Source of the DNA: Octopus sinensis
Taxonomy: Eukaryota
Assembly: GCF_006345805.1 (NCBI RefSeq)
Contig: NC_042997.1
Coordinates: forward strand, 66,774,001-66,838,000
Direction of reading: 5' to 3'
DNA length: 64,000 nucleotides
Made by a program: the position numbers and the translations under genes. Within the stretch, counting starts at the first letter, position 1; each line of letters starts with the position of its first letter. The notes beneath the pieces are model-generated. The model had not been told where the DNA came from and made no database searches. It worked only from the letters and a program-made list of their open reading frames with translations. Below, piece after piece: positions 1 through 13,481 of the stretch.

Positions 1-3000
1 AGTTCAATTTTCATTAGTGGTGGAGATATAAATGAGTGCATCGATTTCAGTAAAGTGACTCGATCTATTACTCAGAACAATTTGTTGACCTCTGAACAAT
101 GAAAGACAAAGCAAGGCTGAAAATAATAATGAAACGAGATTTTTGGGAGGTCTGCTTCTCTCAACAACAATTATAATGATGAATTCTTATTGGCAAGACG
201 ACGCTTATATTTTTAGGGAGAGAAAACAAGTGAACGTGGCATTTATGCTTTTCCCAGGAGCATTAGCATCGTTAAAGCAATGTTTTCAACTGGGAATTAA
301 AACCCAGTTTTAGTTGTTGTTTAGCTCCAGATCAACCCTAATCAAGAAGACCTGTTATTATGAAAGGCATTCCGCCGTGTGCTCTTTTTAAAGAGGATAG
401 GACGTCGTTTCAGGGAAATTTGACTGCTATCTCTAGCGTGTTGAATAACCACATAGAGGCTTCTAGTAAATTGCCTTCGTCGAAAATGCACTGTTGTGAC
501 ACATTGTCCAAAATGATTTTATACAAGATGGGAGGAGAAAGTGGAAGATATGACAGTTATATTTACTCTTTAATGTTTATATTGAAATTATACTAGGCAC
601 ATTTTTAATCGGACTAGTAAATAACTTGCATTTATATAATCGTGCTCAGCTACCCGCACGATAGCTGCCATGTTCCGCATTATCATGAAAGCCGGAATCT
701 TTTGGGACAGCATAATATCAAATTGATAATTATAATAAAATTATTTCTGACATGAGGGACAGATATTGATGATTGTAATCAGATCATATATCAGATTTAG
801 GACTATGTTGATACCTCTCTGAATTTTGTACTTTATTTTTGTAACAATAATATTACTCGAATCTTTGGAATAGCTAAATCCACTCTACTGCTACATTTTT
901 TTTTTTAGTCGTAGCTATCTTAAAAGTCAAGAGCTGCTAGTCGGAGAAGCATTATTCAAAGATATAACAATACAGACATGCGCAATTCATGGAGACAACC
1001 TAATTTTTCTGTTAAACACCAATAGTTTATTTTTGACTATGCCTTCCGTTCATTTGTTTGATTACGCTATTGTAATCATGTTAAAAGTCGATCTTGCACT
1101 GTCTCTGCAGTAATAATCATCCATAGACGTAGCTACAAGTGTTCTAATAGACAGTAGATGAGATCAGCTTTCAGAAAGAAAGAAAGAAAAAAGGAATTCA
1201 ACTCCAACTATGACTGCTGAAATTTATTGATCTCTTTTCCCCTTCCTCTAACAGTTATTATTATTTTTATTATTTTCAAGTAGTATTTATGTATCGGGCT
1301 TGTTGCCAGCCTTCTATGGTTAGATTTTGCGACTTAATAATATTACCATTCATACTGCTGTTTTGTTTCAATGGTTGAGTAATTATCATGTCTGAGTCAT
1401 AACATTTTTTTTATCACATTGAATATTTTTATATTAGAAAATACGGTTTAATAACCGAGGTCTGTGAGTTTTTAGTTAAAAGATAATTAAAAATTAAATT
1501 AGTTTTAAGGAAATGTTCTTATACATTACCTTATTTAGTTATTTAGTTGTATACGCAAAAAAGAGAACCTTGAATGTTCACTTATTTTTGTGTATTATAC
1601 TTACTTTAACTAACAGCCTTTGCAATGGGATTTTCTTTCAAATTTGTTAATGCAATAATTTATCATGCACTAATTTATTGTTACTGAATTTGTTTCTACA
1701 CTAATTCCATTTTAATTATTTAGTCGGAAAATTCAGGGTATAGGTGATGAAATTTTCTCGAATTTCTTTCGTTAAGTAGTTGTCAATAGAGAAATTGTCG
1801 TTAAATGTACCATGAAAATACATAGCTCTATCGCTAATATTTATTTTAATAATGATGAACTTAGTGATGCTGATCTGGAAGTAGTTGGACGTAAATATAT
1901 GTGGCAGCCATTTTAAAGTTACCAGTCGATCATAGAACATTCTCTGATCGATGTGTTTTCAGTTTAATTTCAGAATTCGTGCATAATAAACAAATCTTTC
2001 TTTTTAATAACCAAAAGCTATTGGAAAATGTTTTGGTACCCTCAAATCAGATTTCTGGAACAGTGATACTAACGTTGATATATTTATTTTACTTGGAAAT
2101 TTCCCCCTTTAAATTTCATTAAAACTAGTTAATTGATTTTCGTTTTTTTCTTTTCCTTTTGTCTACCAATATATCGTTTAATGTCCTTTTCCATAAGTAA
2201 AATGACTGAATAGACTTAACGTAGTGCTTCCGAATCAATTTTGAGCAGACTCATAATTGAGGGCTTTCTAGATTTGTGACCGTCTCATCATTTTTTCTCT
2301 CATAAGCCTTTATAAGACTATATTATTCAATTTGTTCCCCAGAATGGGGTGCGATTCGAGGGAGATTTACCTTCTACTACGTTAAGCGAACACAGTGGGT
2401 TAACAGGGATTTCTAACCTGAGCACAGGGCTACAGGTTTTTTGTGAATGGGATTTAGTCGGTTATATCAACTCCAGCCTTTGTCATTTTCTCAACCTCAA
2501 TGGGATTTGAACTCAGAACGTAAAGTGATGCAAATATATCCGTAAAATATAGATGATATATGTACAGACCTTCTTTATAACCATAGCGTTAACATTTGTT
2601 AAAAGGTCTAGGCATCATATAAAACACGAACACAAAACATTATTTGATGTTTGAGTATAACGTGCCGTTTTCGCAAATTTAAGCTGTTAATCAATCAGCT
2701 TGTCTGGCGACTGCATAAGATTTTGTCTAAAACTGTATTGTGGTCAGCTTGTTTGTCATGGTAGTGTTTGTGTGGTGGCGGTGGTGGTGGTGGGGGAATG
2801 ACACTTGGGATCCCTTAGGTGAGATGAAATGAGTTCAAATAAGAGTAATTTGCCATCTTTTTTTTTTTAAAGTAAAACAAAACAAATTATTTACACAATC
2901 TGAAGCCTTATTTTCCATTTCGCAAACTAACTTAGCTTCATCGACAGTATTGCAGATGTAAGATATATTGCAATAAATATTTTAAACAAATGAAAGAAAA

Positions 3001-3120
3001 TAAGGGTCATCTATCAACCATAATATTTACAGGAAATCGAAGTAATTTTATATCAAGGAAAAGGAAATCCACGAAGTAAATTATTTCTGAACATTACTTC
3101 CGAATAACAAAATTTCGACT
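1..3120. promoter_or_regulatory. CpG-retaining 5' part of KHC intron 1, probably a promoter-proximal unmethylated domain
   Basis: Rough hand count: about 65-70 CpG in 1-3120 versus about 15 in the next 3 kb, and sparse thereafter outside young repeats. Confidence 0.5.
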
Positions 3121-3894
3121 ACCAACATTTTAATGTTTCACTCAAATTCTTTCAAGTAATTGTTGAAAATTTGTCTAGATGCACCATTCTCCTTCATTTT
3201 TTTTTTTTTTTTCGCATGGTACCAAAAGGACTCATTACTTTTTGTTTGTGCATGACAGTAAAATTAACAAACTTTTTACTGTGGTTCTCAATAATGTGAT
3301 CAATTCCTTTCCAATATGTAACTGTTTTTGTCTTGTCCATTTTCAGTTTTCACTGAAACATTATCTCTACTCTAAAAATATATCTTATTAAGCAATTACT
3401 TTACTAATAGTGGCTTTTACAGGCAGACAAAAAAAAATTAGTGAAACCATTTTATAACATAGCCAACAATTTTTATTCACAACCTGGGCACATTTTGTTA
3501 ATTTGCAATTATCTTGACATTTTTCCCCTATGATCCCTTTTGTAGCAAATTACACCTCTGTGCAGAATTTTGGGTGTCTTTGAACAAAATGCACCAGTCA
3601 GTAATGTACGATGTATAAATAAGGTCTGAACTTTAATACAAAATTGTCTTGCTGGCAATCAAGTTATTCATTACAATTGTGTAAAAACAAGGTTAAGTTT
3701 TCCAGGAAAATTTGCCTATATATGATGAACAGGTACATGTAGTAGTAAATAGATACAACAACGACCAGCAAAAATAATTGAAAACTAGTGTCCCTTGAGA
3801 AATTGAAAGCTAAATTGGAAAATTACCCAGGTGAAAGTGGAAACGTATGTTGCACTGCAACATTACCTTCATTTATATATCATCTTAAGTAAAG

Positions 3895-4185
3895 GCACAT
3901 GGCTACATGGTTAAGGTATTTAGCTCATGACCGTAAGGTCATGAGTTCTATTCTTGGTGGTGCATTGTGTCTTTGCGCAAGATACCTTCATGTTGCTCCA
4001 GTCCACTCAGCTGGTCAAAATGAGTTGTCCCTTGTCACATTCCTTGTCCTCATGCTGAATCTCCCTGAGAACTACATGAAGGGTGTGCATGTCTGTGGAG
4101 TGCTCAGTCACTTGCATGTTCATTTCATGAGCAGGCTGTTCTATTGATCAGATAAACTGGAACCCTTGTTGTCATAATCAGCAGT
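3895..4185 (+). mobile_element. tRNA-headed SINE, family C
   Basis: tRNA-like A/B boxes (tggctacatggtt; gagttctattc), then catgttgctccagtccactcagctgg. Confidence 0.65.
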
Positions 4186-5021
4186 GCTAGTTATATCATC
4201 TTAAACAAGAGCAACAAAAGTTTTAGCAATTGGATTCTACTTCACCCTCCCATTTTAACACTAACCACAGCAAAATTTTAAAATACCTCCTTTTATAAAC
4301 AAGTTGGCTGTGGTGCCAACCTACCACAGCCATGAAACAACAATGTTCGGAAAAATGAAACTGGTGTGTTATACTATAAGAAATCATTTACATTCATGCG
4401 CTTGGCCTTCTTGAGTTATTTCTCTTAGCTCATTCTATTTTCTTTTTAATTATGCAAAAACAGATATTGCTAGGGATTATTTACATTGTGTGGACCTCTT
4501 TCTAAACTGAATACATAAAATTCGTTTGCATGGAGAAACAACAAAACATTGCAAAACAGTTAAGAGGTATAGAAATGTTCTTTAAATCTGAGTCAGTCCT
4601 GATCAAGTAAACATATGATCAAAGATGTTCCCGACATGACCATCTGATTTTGATGCATAATGTATCTAGGACTACATTGTCCAATGTTTCCATTTTTCAA
4701 GGCAGTAGGGTGTGATTTGAAGAAGTTTAGTTTGTAATTATATAGTCAATCTTTTTGACTGCATGGCAGACTGGAGATCAAATAAAAAGTTACTTGTGCA
4801 CTTCACAAAAATAGCTTAAAAAAACTGTTTAGAAAATAATATAGAAAACTATTGTGTTAGACACTCAAATCATGTAAATATTTTAAAGTCTTAAGTTATG
4901 TGTTTAAAAATTTATGGCATCTTTACCCCTTGAAGCACATCAGTGTGCTGTTGCACCCAGGTTCACTCCTGTTCACCATCTGTGTACCACTGTCACAGAA
5001 GCAATATTGTTCCTTGAAGAT

Positions 5022-5210
5022 AAGGTGGCAAGCTGGCAAAATTGTTACTGCACCAAAAAAATGTTTAGCAGCATTTCTTCCGACTTCACTTTGCCTTTCA
5101 TCCTTTCAGGGTGGATAAAATAAGTACCAATTGAGCATTGGGGTCGATGTCATTGACTTACACCATCCCTGAAAACTGCTGGCCTTGTGCCAAAATTTGA
5201 AACCAATATT
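5022..5210 (+). mobile_element. SINE family A
   Basis: aaggtggcaagctggc..ctttgcctttcatcctttcagg..gctggccttgtgccaaaatttgaaacc. Confidence 0.75.
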
Positions 5211-6084
5211 CCTTGAAGATACATTGATTTGATCTCTTGGGTATCACAAGAAAAGAACTCTAGCAAAGACTTTATAATAATGACAATGGCAGTAGAAAAA
5301 CTGTTAGAGCTTATATTTTTGATTAATTAGATAATAGGTTACTTAGCATCCATTTATGTATATTTGTATTTAGGCATGAAAGATTATTGCATTAAATCTG
5401 ATTAAAATGTACTTTCCCTCTCATCTTATTTGTATTTTCTTTTTGACTTTATGCCGTTACTGCATAGATATGAAGTAAAAAATAAATAAAAACATTGCTA
5501 CTACATTTAAGCATGAAAATTTCTTTTCAAAAGTGTGTATGTGTGTGTGTGCATATGTTTTTCTGTCTCTCTCTCTCTGTATGAAATCGATGATTCACAC
5601 TTTAAATTATTCAGTTCAAGCAATTTTCCTACTGAAGTTGAAGCTATTTAATATATAATGTATACACACTGTATTTACTCATACAATGTAATCTCAGATG
5701 TAATGTGACTACTACCTTTTGTACCTAGAAGAAAATGATGTATATTTTAGCCCACCCCCTTTTTTACACTCATATAATTCTCCCACCAATTTTGATCCTG
5801 ATATTTTGTATTAAGTTTGCCAAATTATTCACAAGTAATATCTTAAACAAGAATGTTGTTGACAGTGACTTCGAAGTTTTGACCAGCTAAACCATGCATA
5901 TGTACACACACACACAATTTATTGATGTGTGTTAGCTCCAGCTTGATCAATATAATTACAATTATATGGACATAGTTTCAATTCTCAAGTTTTCTGCTTA
6001 ATGGACATAATTATTATTAATAATAGTTATGTAGATCGTGGCAGAACACCTAACTGAATTACCTTGAAATATTTAGTTATTTTA

Positions 6085-6285
6085 AGGCAGTGAACTGGCA
6101 GTACCATTAGCATATCCAGGCAAAATGCTTTGTGGCATTTTGTCCATCTTTTATGTTCTGAGTTCAAATTCTGCCATTGTCAATGTTTCTTTTCATCCTT
6201 ACAGTGTCAATAAAATAAGTACTAGTTGAGCACTGGGGTTGATGTAATCAACATACCTCTTCCCCTGAAATTGCTGGCCCTATAA
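6085..6285 (+). mobile_element. SINE family A
   Basis: aaggcagtgaactggcag..ttctgagttcaaattctgcc..ctttcatcctt. Confidence 0.78.
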
Positions 6286-8965
6286 AGTTATCTCCATTTA
6301 CATTCCAAATCCTGCTGTGGGAAGGTTATATTAGTATTCTTCTGTCCTAATTCAGTATGTAACATTCATTTGATTAAATCAGATCTATTACTCCCAAAAT
6401 ATGCAATTTTGTGCCAATGTTAGAAATAGTATTATCATGTGTAGGATGTAAAAATTATCCTGCTTTACCTTGAGCTCTCAAATCTATAATGGAATTATAG
6501 GGGTGCCTTTATGACACAGAGTGTCTTTGATTTTTTAGATTTAGTGGAGCTCAGATTTAACAACTGCCAGTTTTGTTCTGAAGAGTAAGGAACAAAGAAA
6601 AAAGTGAGATAAAAGGTGACTCAGCCCTCAATGCATGACTGATATTTTATTAACTCTGTAAGAATGAAATGTTAGGTTGACCTTGGTATGGTTTCAGCTC
6701 AGAATGTAGAGGGTTGGAACAATTATCACAGAGCAATCTATCCAATACTCAGACAACTCTGCATATTGGCTGCTTCTTTGTAAAAGTTGATAACATTGAA
6801 CAGAGTGCATTGTGTTCTGTGTTCAAAATTTTGTCACAATTAAGTTTTTGCCTTTCATTCTTCTTGAGTTATTAATATTTTCAAATTACTTGAAAGTTCT
6901 TCCCTACTATTCCATATACAAATTTATGGCACTTCGTCAGTGTTAGAATTTGCTGTTATTTTACCTTCAGTTTGTATCCACACAACTACAATCTTGAATC
7001 AAGCATGGGAACCTGACCTCTAAAATATCGTTGGACTTCTTTGATTTGTTAGACAGTTGGTGGACAATGATTTTTGCATTTTTTTTAGAGTTGATAGTGA
7101 GCATGATGTTAACAATTATATATTGTGCAGACTCTTTTGGAGGGCATAAGAATAACTTCCAGAATTGGCAATACTGCAGAAAGGCACTACAAGATAACAG
7201 GTGTTAGAACAACAAAGCTTGTCTGAAATAATTTGGCCTGATGAAACTGTTCTATATACATGCTTGTTGAGCGCCCACGACTTAGCAGCTGCCTACAAGT
7301 TTATGTCAAATAGTTATTGCATTGTGTGGGAAGAATCAAGTTGTCCAGCAGGTCCATCCTAAGGATTGTTTCTTCACCTTGCTTTTATAAGATATATTAA
7401 CAGTTTTTTTGTCTTGTAGTTGTAGCAAAAGAAGAAGTGTGACAAATCAGTTTTTTCCCATTTGAAACAAAACCTCATTGTCTTCCAGTGTCACTTCAAG
7501 TGTAAAGAGAAGGAGGAGAAAAAATTCTGACCTCAAATAAATCTTATGATAGGTTGGTAATAATGGTGGGTTTAATTGAAGCTGAATCTCAGCTTGGGTT
7601 TCATTTGCAAACTTGCAGCCCTAACCTTTGTGTTGAGAGCAGTTATGTTTAGTTGGGTGTCCTGATGTTTCCCTATGTGATTGTCATCTTTTTGGGATGT
7701 TATGTACCTTTTATTTGAAATAGTTATGTAATGTGATATGTATTTCACTGCCCCCCCCCCCCCATCATCCCCTTCTGTTTTTATGATTTTGTCAAGTGGG
7801 TGAACTCATTAGTTATGGAAGTGGGAGTTCACCTGGTCAGAAACATTCACCTTTATATTTCAAGTAAAAACCAACCTAACTGGTTTTAATTTACAAGTCA
7901 AAATTTTCTAACAAGTTTGGCTGGATAATAAGATATGTTGTGTGTATGCACACTTTTTGAAAGCATTGTTTCTTTTATTTTTGCTCATAGATTACCAGAA
8001 CATTTTTGTTGTAAACAAAAAGATTTTTACTGAACTACCTTAATACGTACTATCTTTTGGCTAATTTAGTTTGTATCACCATCAGTTTTTGTACATTTTC
8101 TTTATATGCTGGCAGTATTACATCCTTGCTACTGTCTGACCTTTCCTATATGTTTACATAAAATGTACAATTTATTGTGCTGCTATTCTTAGCAAGCAAG
8201 TTCAACCCCATATCTTTAAGATGTCTTAGTCATTATTATCATTATTTTGCTGTTAAATAATGTAGTTTTCTTATATTTGATTTCATTCAGTAGTGTTGGA
8301 GAACAAAAAAAAAAAAGAGAGAGAGAGAGAGAGAGAAATAGCTTTTGAATACAACCAGTTGCCTTTGTGTATTTGTCTTGTTTCTTATAGGATTCTTAAT
8401 TGCCCAACTTCCAGAATTCACTGATTGACTTTTTTTACTGCAATACAGAGATAAATTATATCTGATATCATCTTGGTTACAGAGTACACATCTAGTATTT
8501 TGTTCCCTTACTCTGCCTAACCCCTTTACAGGAAAATAACTTACCTGATATCTACCAAATGTTTCTATATCTATTTATAAACACAGCTTCTGTACGAGAT
8601 ATAGGAGTGGACAAGCATTCATTTGCCAAGGCTCCACATTTAGTATTCTGCAAAGGAATTTAATATGGAATATCATGCAGACAATTTAAAAGCTCACTGG
8701 TGGGGTGGGGGTTAGTGTATTGTGGTAATGAAATGAAATAATGTTCTCTTTTCCTAAGAATTTTCTAATTGATTAGCATTCACTTACACCATTTGAAAAG
8801 AAATTGCTCTGCAGTTGTTTATTTCATGGAGTAACTGATGCATTATATAAAAGTCATGGTGGTGATCGAAATTGTCCAAAAATTTTGCCTGCTACATGTA
8901 AAGAATACTTTGTTCATTGAAATTCTTATTGCTAGAGCATTTTTATTTTATTATTCATTTATTTG

Positions 8966-9191
8966 AATGTGGTGAGCTGGCAGAATCGTTAGCATGCTGG
9001 ACAAAATGCTTAATGGCATTTCTTCTGGTTCTTTACCTTCTGGATTAAAATTCCACAGAGGGCGACTTTGTGTTTTATCCTTTCAGAATCCATAAAATGA
9101 GTACCAGTTGAGCACTGGTACCAATGTAATGAACCATCACCACCACCAGAAAAAAAAAAAAATTACTGCCGTAGCACTAAAATTAAAAAGC
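8966..9191 (+). mobile_element. Octopus tRNA-derived SINE, family A, with 16-bp TSD
   Basis: gtgagctggcagaatcgttagc head; TSD attattcatttatttg at 8950-8965 and 9192-9207. Confidence 0.85.
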
Positions 9192-9544
9192 ATTATTCAT
9201 TTATTTGTAAAAGTGAAATGAGTATAAATCAGGCTCACTGACATTTGTATGGAAATAGAAATACAGTTATTTCAGTATTTAATTAAAAATCAAAGGTCCC
9301 TTAAAACATGTTAAGATTAATGTTGAGGTGTGTCTACATAAATGTGAATGCTGCATTTGTTCACTTGTGTCTGTGCACGTGTGTGTGATCTAAAAATTAA
9401 GTTGCAGTTTTTTTTAATGATTATTTTTGTATATTAAAATTACTGAAAGCAACGCTCATAAACCACTTCACAGCAAAGCATTGAAGAAAAGGAGTGAATG
9501 GCATTAATAGCACAAAAGCTCTGTGTGTGTGTCCCTCTCTCACT

Positions 9545-9575
<31 letters not shown>

Positions 9576-10269
9576 AGATGACAATAAAATTATTGACAAA
9601 AAAAATTGAATAAAATATCATGAGAAAGTAATAAATGAATTATAATGAAATGAAATGCAGTAAATGAGATGACAACAAAGAAGCTAAAACACATGAGATA
9701 TTAATAAAAGAAGAAATATATATATTAAAATGAAGAGAGCCTGCCAACATTAAGTAAGGTACTTGTTAACCTTGAATTTAAAAGATGGTCATAGTTAGCA
9801 GGAGAACAATACATATCATTCCTCTATTTAGCTATGCTTTGTGCATGGAACTTGTCCACGATATATCTAGGAAGCACAGATGCTTTCCCTAAATTTGGCA
9901 AACTGAGTTTTGGTGGAAAATTTTCAGACTGCTGCAATAGTACAGTAAAAATTATACATTATCTACAATAGACTGTTTCCCAAAGCCCAGTGGATAAATA
10001 GTTGTCGTTTGCTCATTGATCAATATAGTAAGATATTGATTAGTTCATAAGACTAGTCTTTCAGCTGAAATGTCATGTGAAATGTAAAATAAGGTTATAT
10101 GTATATATCGAAATATCTGCGTTCACACTTGCTGTTGTATATGCATGTTTATATTTGTATGTATATATAATTATATACATGTCTATTAACTTATCTAAAT
10201 GCGTGTGCACACACAAACACACACAAATATACAAATATATGTATTTACAAATTTATTTAAATATTTATA

Positions 10270-10272
10270 TAA

Positions 10273-10326
<54 letters not shown>

Positions 10327-10560
10327 CGCGCACGTGTATATATGTGTATAAATATGCATGTATATATGTGTACATATATGCGTGTATATATGTATATGTG
10401 TATATATATGTGTGTATATGTATATATGTATATGTGTATATATATGTGTGTATATATATATATATATGCATATATATATGTCTATATATATGTATATATA
10501 CATGTATATGTATATATAGATATTTGTGTGTGTATGCATGTATTTGTGCGTATGTGTGAT
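10270..10560. repeat. Compound (TA)n/(TG)n/(TATG)n microsatellite
   Basis: About 290 bp of almost pure alternating purine-pyrimidine; source of the spurious Y/I/C/V ORFs. Confidence 0.95.
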
Positions 10561-11059
10561 TGTGCAACCTGTGACTATATTGCATGATCTGAGATTGCTA
10601 GAGTGGGTGAAAGAGAAGAGGGGGATCATACATAAGCAAAATGCCAGTTAAAATATTTTAAAGTACAGTCGTGTAGATTTTTTTTTTTTTTAGGTGATTT
10701 TTGAAGAGTCGTCTCGTTTCCTTCCTAGATTGGTATCATTAATGTAGCTGATATTTAATTTCAGTGTATTGTGTTTGATTTATATTAGTAAAATGTAATA
10801 TTAGCTTCTCATACAGTTTTCCCCAACAGATATTAACTTGTACTAGAAACATATATGAGAGTTGACAGAGAAAGCCCATTCAGCACATGCTGCAATTCTG
10901 CTGTCTAGAAGAAACTTTCAATTCAATAGATGATCACATATGAAGCTTATATTTGGGCAGTGTGGCTTGAGGTTCCTATACTATACACACTGTCGACAGT
11001 AATTGCAATGATGTAATTTTACCAAAGTTTTCATAAGCTACTGTGTGTGTGTATATATT

Positions 11060-11434
11060 TTATTCTTTTACTTGTTTCAGTCATTTGACTGTGGCCATGC
11101 TGGAGCACCACCTTTAGACGAACAAATTGATCCCAGGACTTATTCTTTATAAATTTAGTACTTATTCTATCAGTCTGTTTTACTGAACCACTAAGTTATG
11201 GGGACATAAACACACCAAAATCAGTTGACAAGCGATAGTTGGGGGACAGACACAAACATACATATCTATACGATGTGCTTCTTTCAGTTTCCGTCTACCA
11301 AATCTACTCACAAGGCTTTAGTCAGCTCAAGGCTATAGTAGATGACACTTTCCCAAGGTGCCATGCAATGGGACTGGACCTGAAACCATGTGGTTGGGAA
11401 GCAAGCTTCTTACCACACAGCCACACCTGCACCT
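11060..11434 (-). mobile_element. Octopus SINE family B
   Basis: cttgtttcagtcatttgactgtggccatgctggagcacc ... ccacacagccacacctgcacct. Confidence 0.85.
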
Positions 11435-11477
11435 ATATATGTATATCTTTTTATATATATATATATATATACACACG

Positions 11478-11830
11478 TTTCAGTCATGAGACTGCAGCCA
11501 TTTTGGGTCACTGCCTTGAAATATTTTTAGCTGAATGAATTGACCCCAATACATTTTTTTCAAAGCCTGGTACTTATTTTATTGGCCTTTTTTGTTAAAT
11601 TTCTAAGTTATGCAGTTGTAAACACACCGACACCATGGGGTAGGATACAAACACAGATACAAAGAAACACGCATTCACACACACACATATACAATGGGAT
11701 TCTTTCAGTTTCCATCTACCAAATCCACTCACAATGCTTTGGGTGGGCTGAAGCTATAGTAGAAAACACTTGCCCAAGATGCCATGTGGTTGGGAACCAA
11801 GCTTCTTACCACACAGCCACACCTGCACCT
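11478..11830 (-). mobile_element. SINE family B, tandem with the previous copy
   Basis: Same tail and head motifs. Confidence 0.8.
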
Positions 11831-11955
11831 ATACACACATACATATATATATAGCCACATTTCCTGGAATAAAGAAGTGGGTAATATAGTCATATCTGCA
11901 CATTTATGGAGCAAGTCACACCAAACTTCATCATAGAAAGCTATAGAAACCCACT

Positions 11956-12151
11956 TTAATCCTTTAGCATTTAGATTACTCAAAAGTAATGCTTATTTAT
12001 TCACATTGATTAGTCATGCCTTATCTTGTAGCTTTGAGATTTCAATGATGTGGTTGTTTATTTTTAGAATAATATTGTAGGGTAAGAGCTGGTCACTTAG
12101 AAGATTGATTATTTTAGCCAGATATGACCAGTTTAAATGCTAAAAGGTTAA
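11956..12151. mobile_element. TTAA MITE family 2 copy
   Basis: cctttagcatttagatta ... tttaaatgctaaaaggttaa. Confidence 0.75.
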
Positions 12152-13261
12152 CTAGGTAGTTTTGCATAGTTCTAAAATTTATGCCTTCCTTTTCACTAAC
12201 AACAATGTACTGCATAGTCCTGAGATTTAAAGAGGCATACATTGTTCTTCAATGTTCTTCCTCAGAAAAAAAAAGGGTTTATTATGTGTAGTTTGGATGT
12301 CAACACTATCCAAAAGAAGTCTTGAGCCTTATATTTTTGTATAATCTCCAACAAATCTGTTACAGTCACAACAGGAAAGAGGCTGCAGCATTAAACTCTC
12401 TCATTCACAAAATACTGAACAAAAAGCTTAAATGAAATACATCATAGTGGTGTCCCTGTATGACAACAACAAACAGGTTGATACCAGCAAAATACTAAAA
12501 AGATATGCATGTATACCTAAAATGAATGAATGAGCAATGTATATGTATGATTTTGATAGTTAATGTAGATTTGTCGTACAGTTCTGGTACATATTGTTGA
12601 AATCCATTGTAGATTAAAATATTGCAAAATAAAGTATTTTGTAAATTAAAGATATCTTGCATATAAATAACTATATGTACTGTACTTCTTGTCTTGGAAG
12701 GAATGGTTTGTTGAAATTCAATTATGGGTAGTAGAACCTTTTTTGATTCTTATTTATCTTTGAAACACAAACAAAATTCCATTCAAGTTATTGTTCTTTA
12801 CGTTCTTCAGTAATTTAAGAAATAGATGGAAGCAGAATTTGTGACACTTGCAGATGAGTTTGGAAATAATCTAATGATATAAATGCGAAAACTAATTTCT
12901 ATGTGTCACACTTAGACACCCCCTCTCACTATTCAATGACTCTCCTACTATTCCTCATGATGTGGTGAGAGTAATAGTAGGCATAGAGTGGTGAAGACAG
13001 AGAGAGAGAGAAAGACAAAGAAATTTAGGGAGAGTTGATGAGTTGTAGATGGTGCAGTGGGAGTAATTGATGTACAAATTTGTTTAACCATGTCTCTTTG
13101 ACAGAAATTCCTGTTGCTAACATACTGAACATTATTATTTTTGTTTTATTTTTTGCTTTCTTACACACACATAAAATACACTTTAATTGAAATGAAGTTT
13201 CCCCAAAATTAACTTATATAATAAATGTGAATGTCAGTGTGTCACACTTTTTCAACTTTAA

Positions 13262-13481
13262 TAAGTCCTTTCTACTGGAAGTACGAGGCCTCAAATTTTT
13301 GGGGGAGGGATTAAGTCGATTACATTGATCCCAGTAAGTAAGATGGTATTAACTTTATCAATGCCAAAAGCATGAAACGCTAAGTCGACACAGCGGAATT
13401 CGAACTCAAAACCTAACGGCAGACAAAATACTGCTAAGCATTTTGCCTGGTGTGCTAACGATTCTGCCAGCTCGCTGCCTT
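13262..13481 (-). mobile_element. SINE family A, flanked by about 43-bp direct repeats
   Basis: gattctgccagctcgctgcctt and ggaattcgaactca. Confidence 0.85.

Noticed and set aside
360-2122. Short ORFs near the window start as a possible KHC exon 1 or a separate gene
   Set aside because: No similarity to the KHC N-terminus or any recognisable protein; the first ORF overlaps a dispersed repeat.
3895-3970. tRNA-like A/B boxes here and at other SINE heads
   Set aside because: They continue into SINE bodies and do not fold into cloverleaves, so they are not tRNA genes.
10077-10629. ORFs of 89-160 aa rich in Y/I/C/V/H/T
   Set aside because: Translation of a TA/TG microsatellite.
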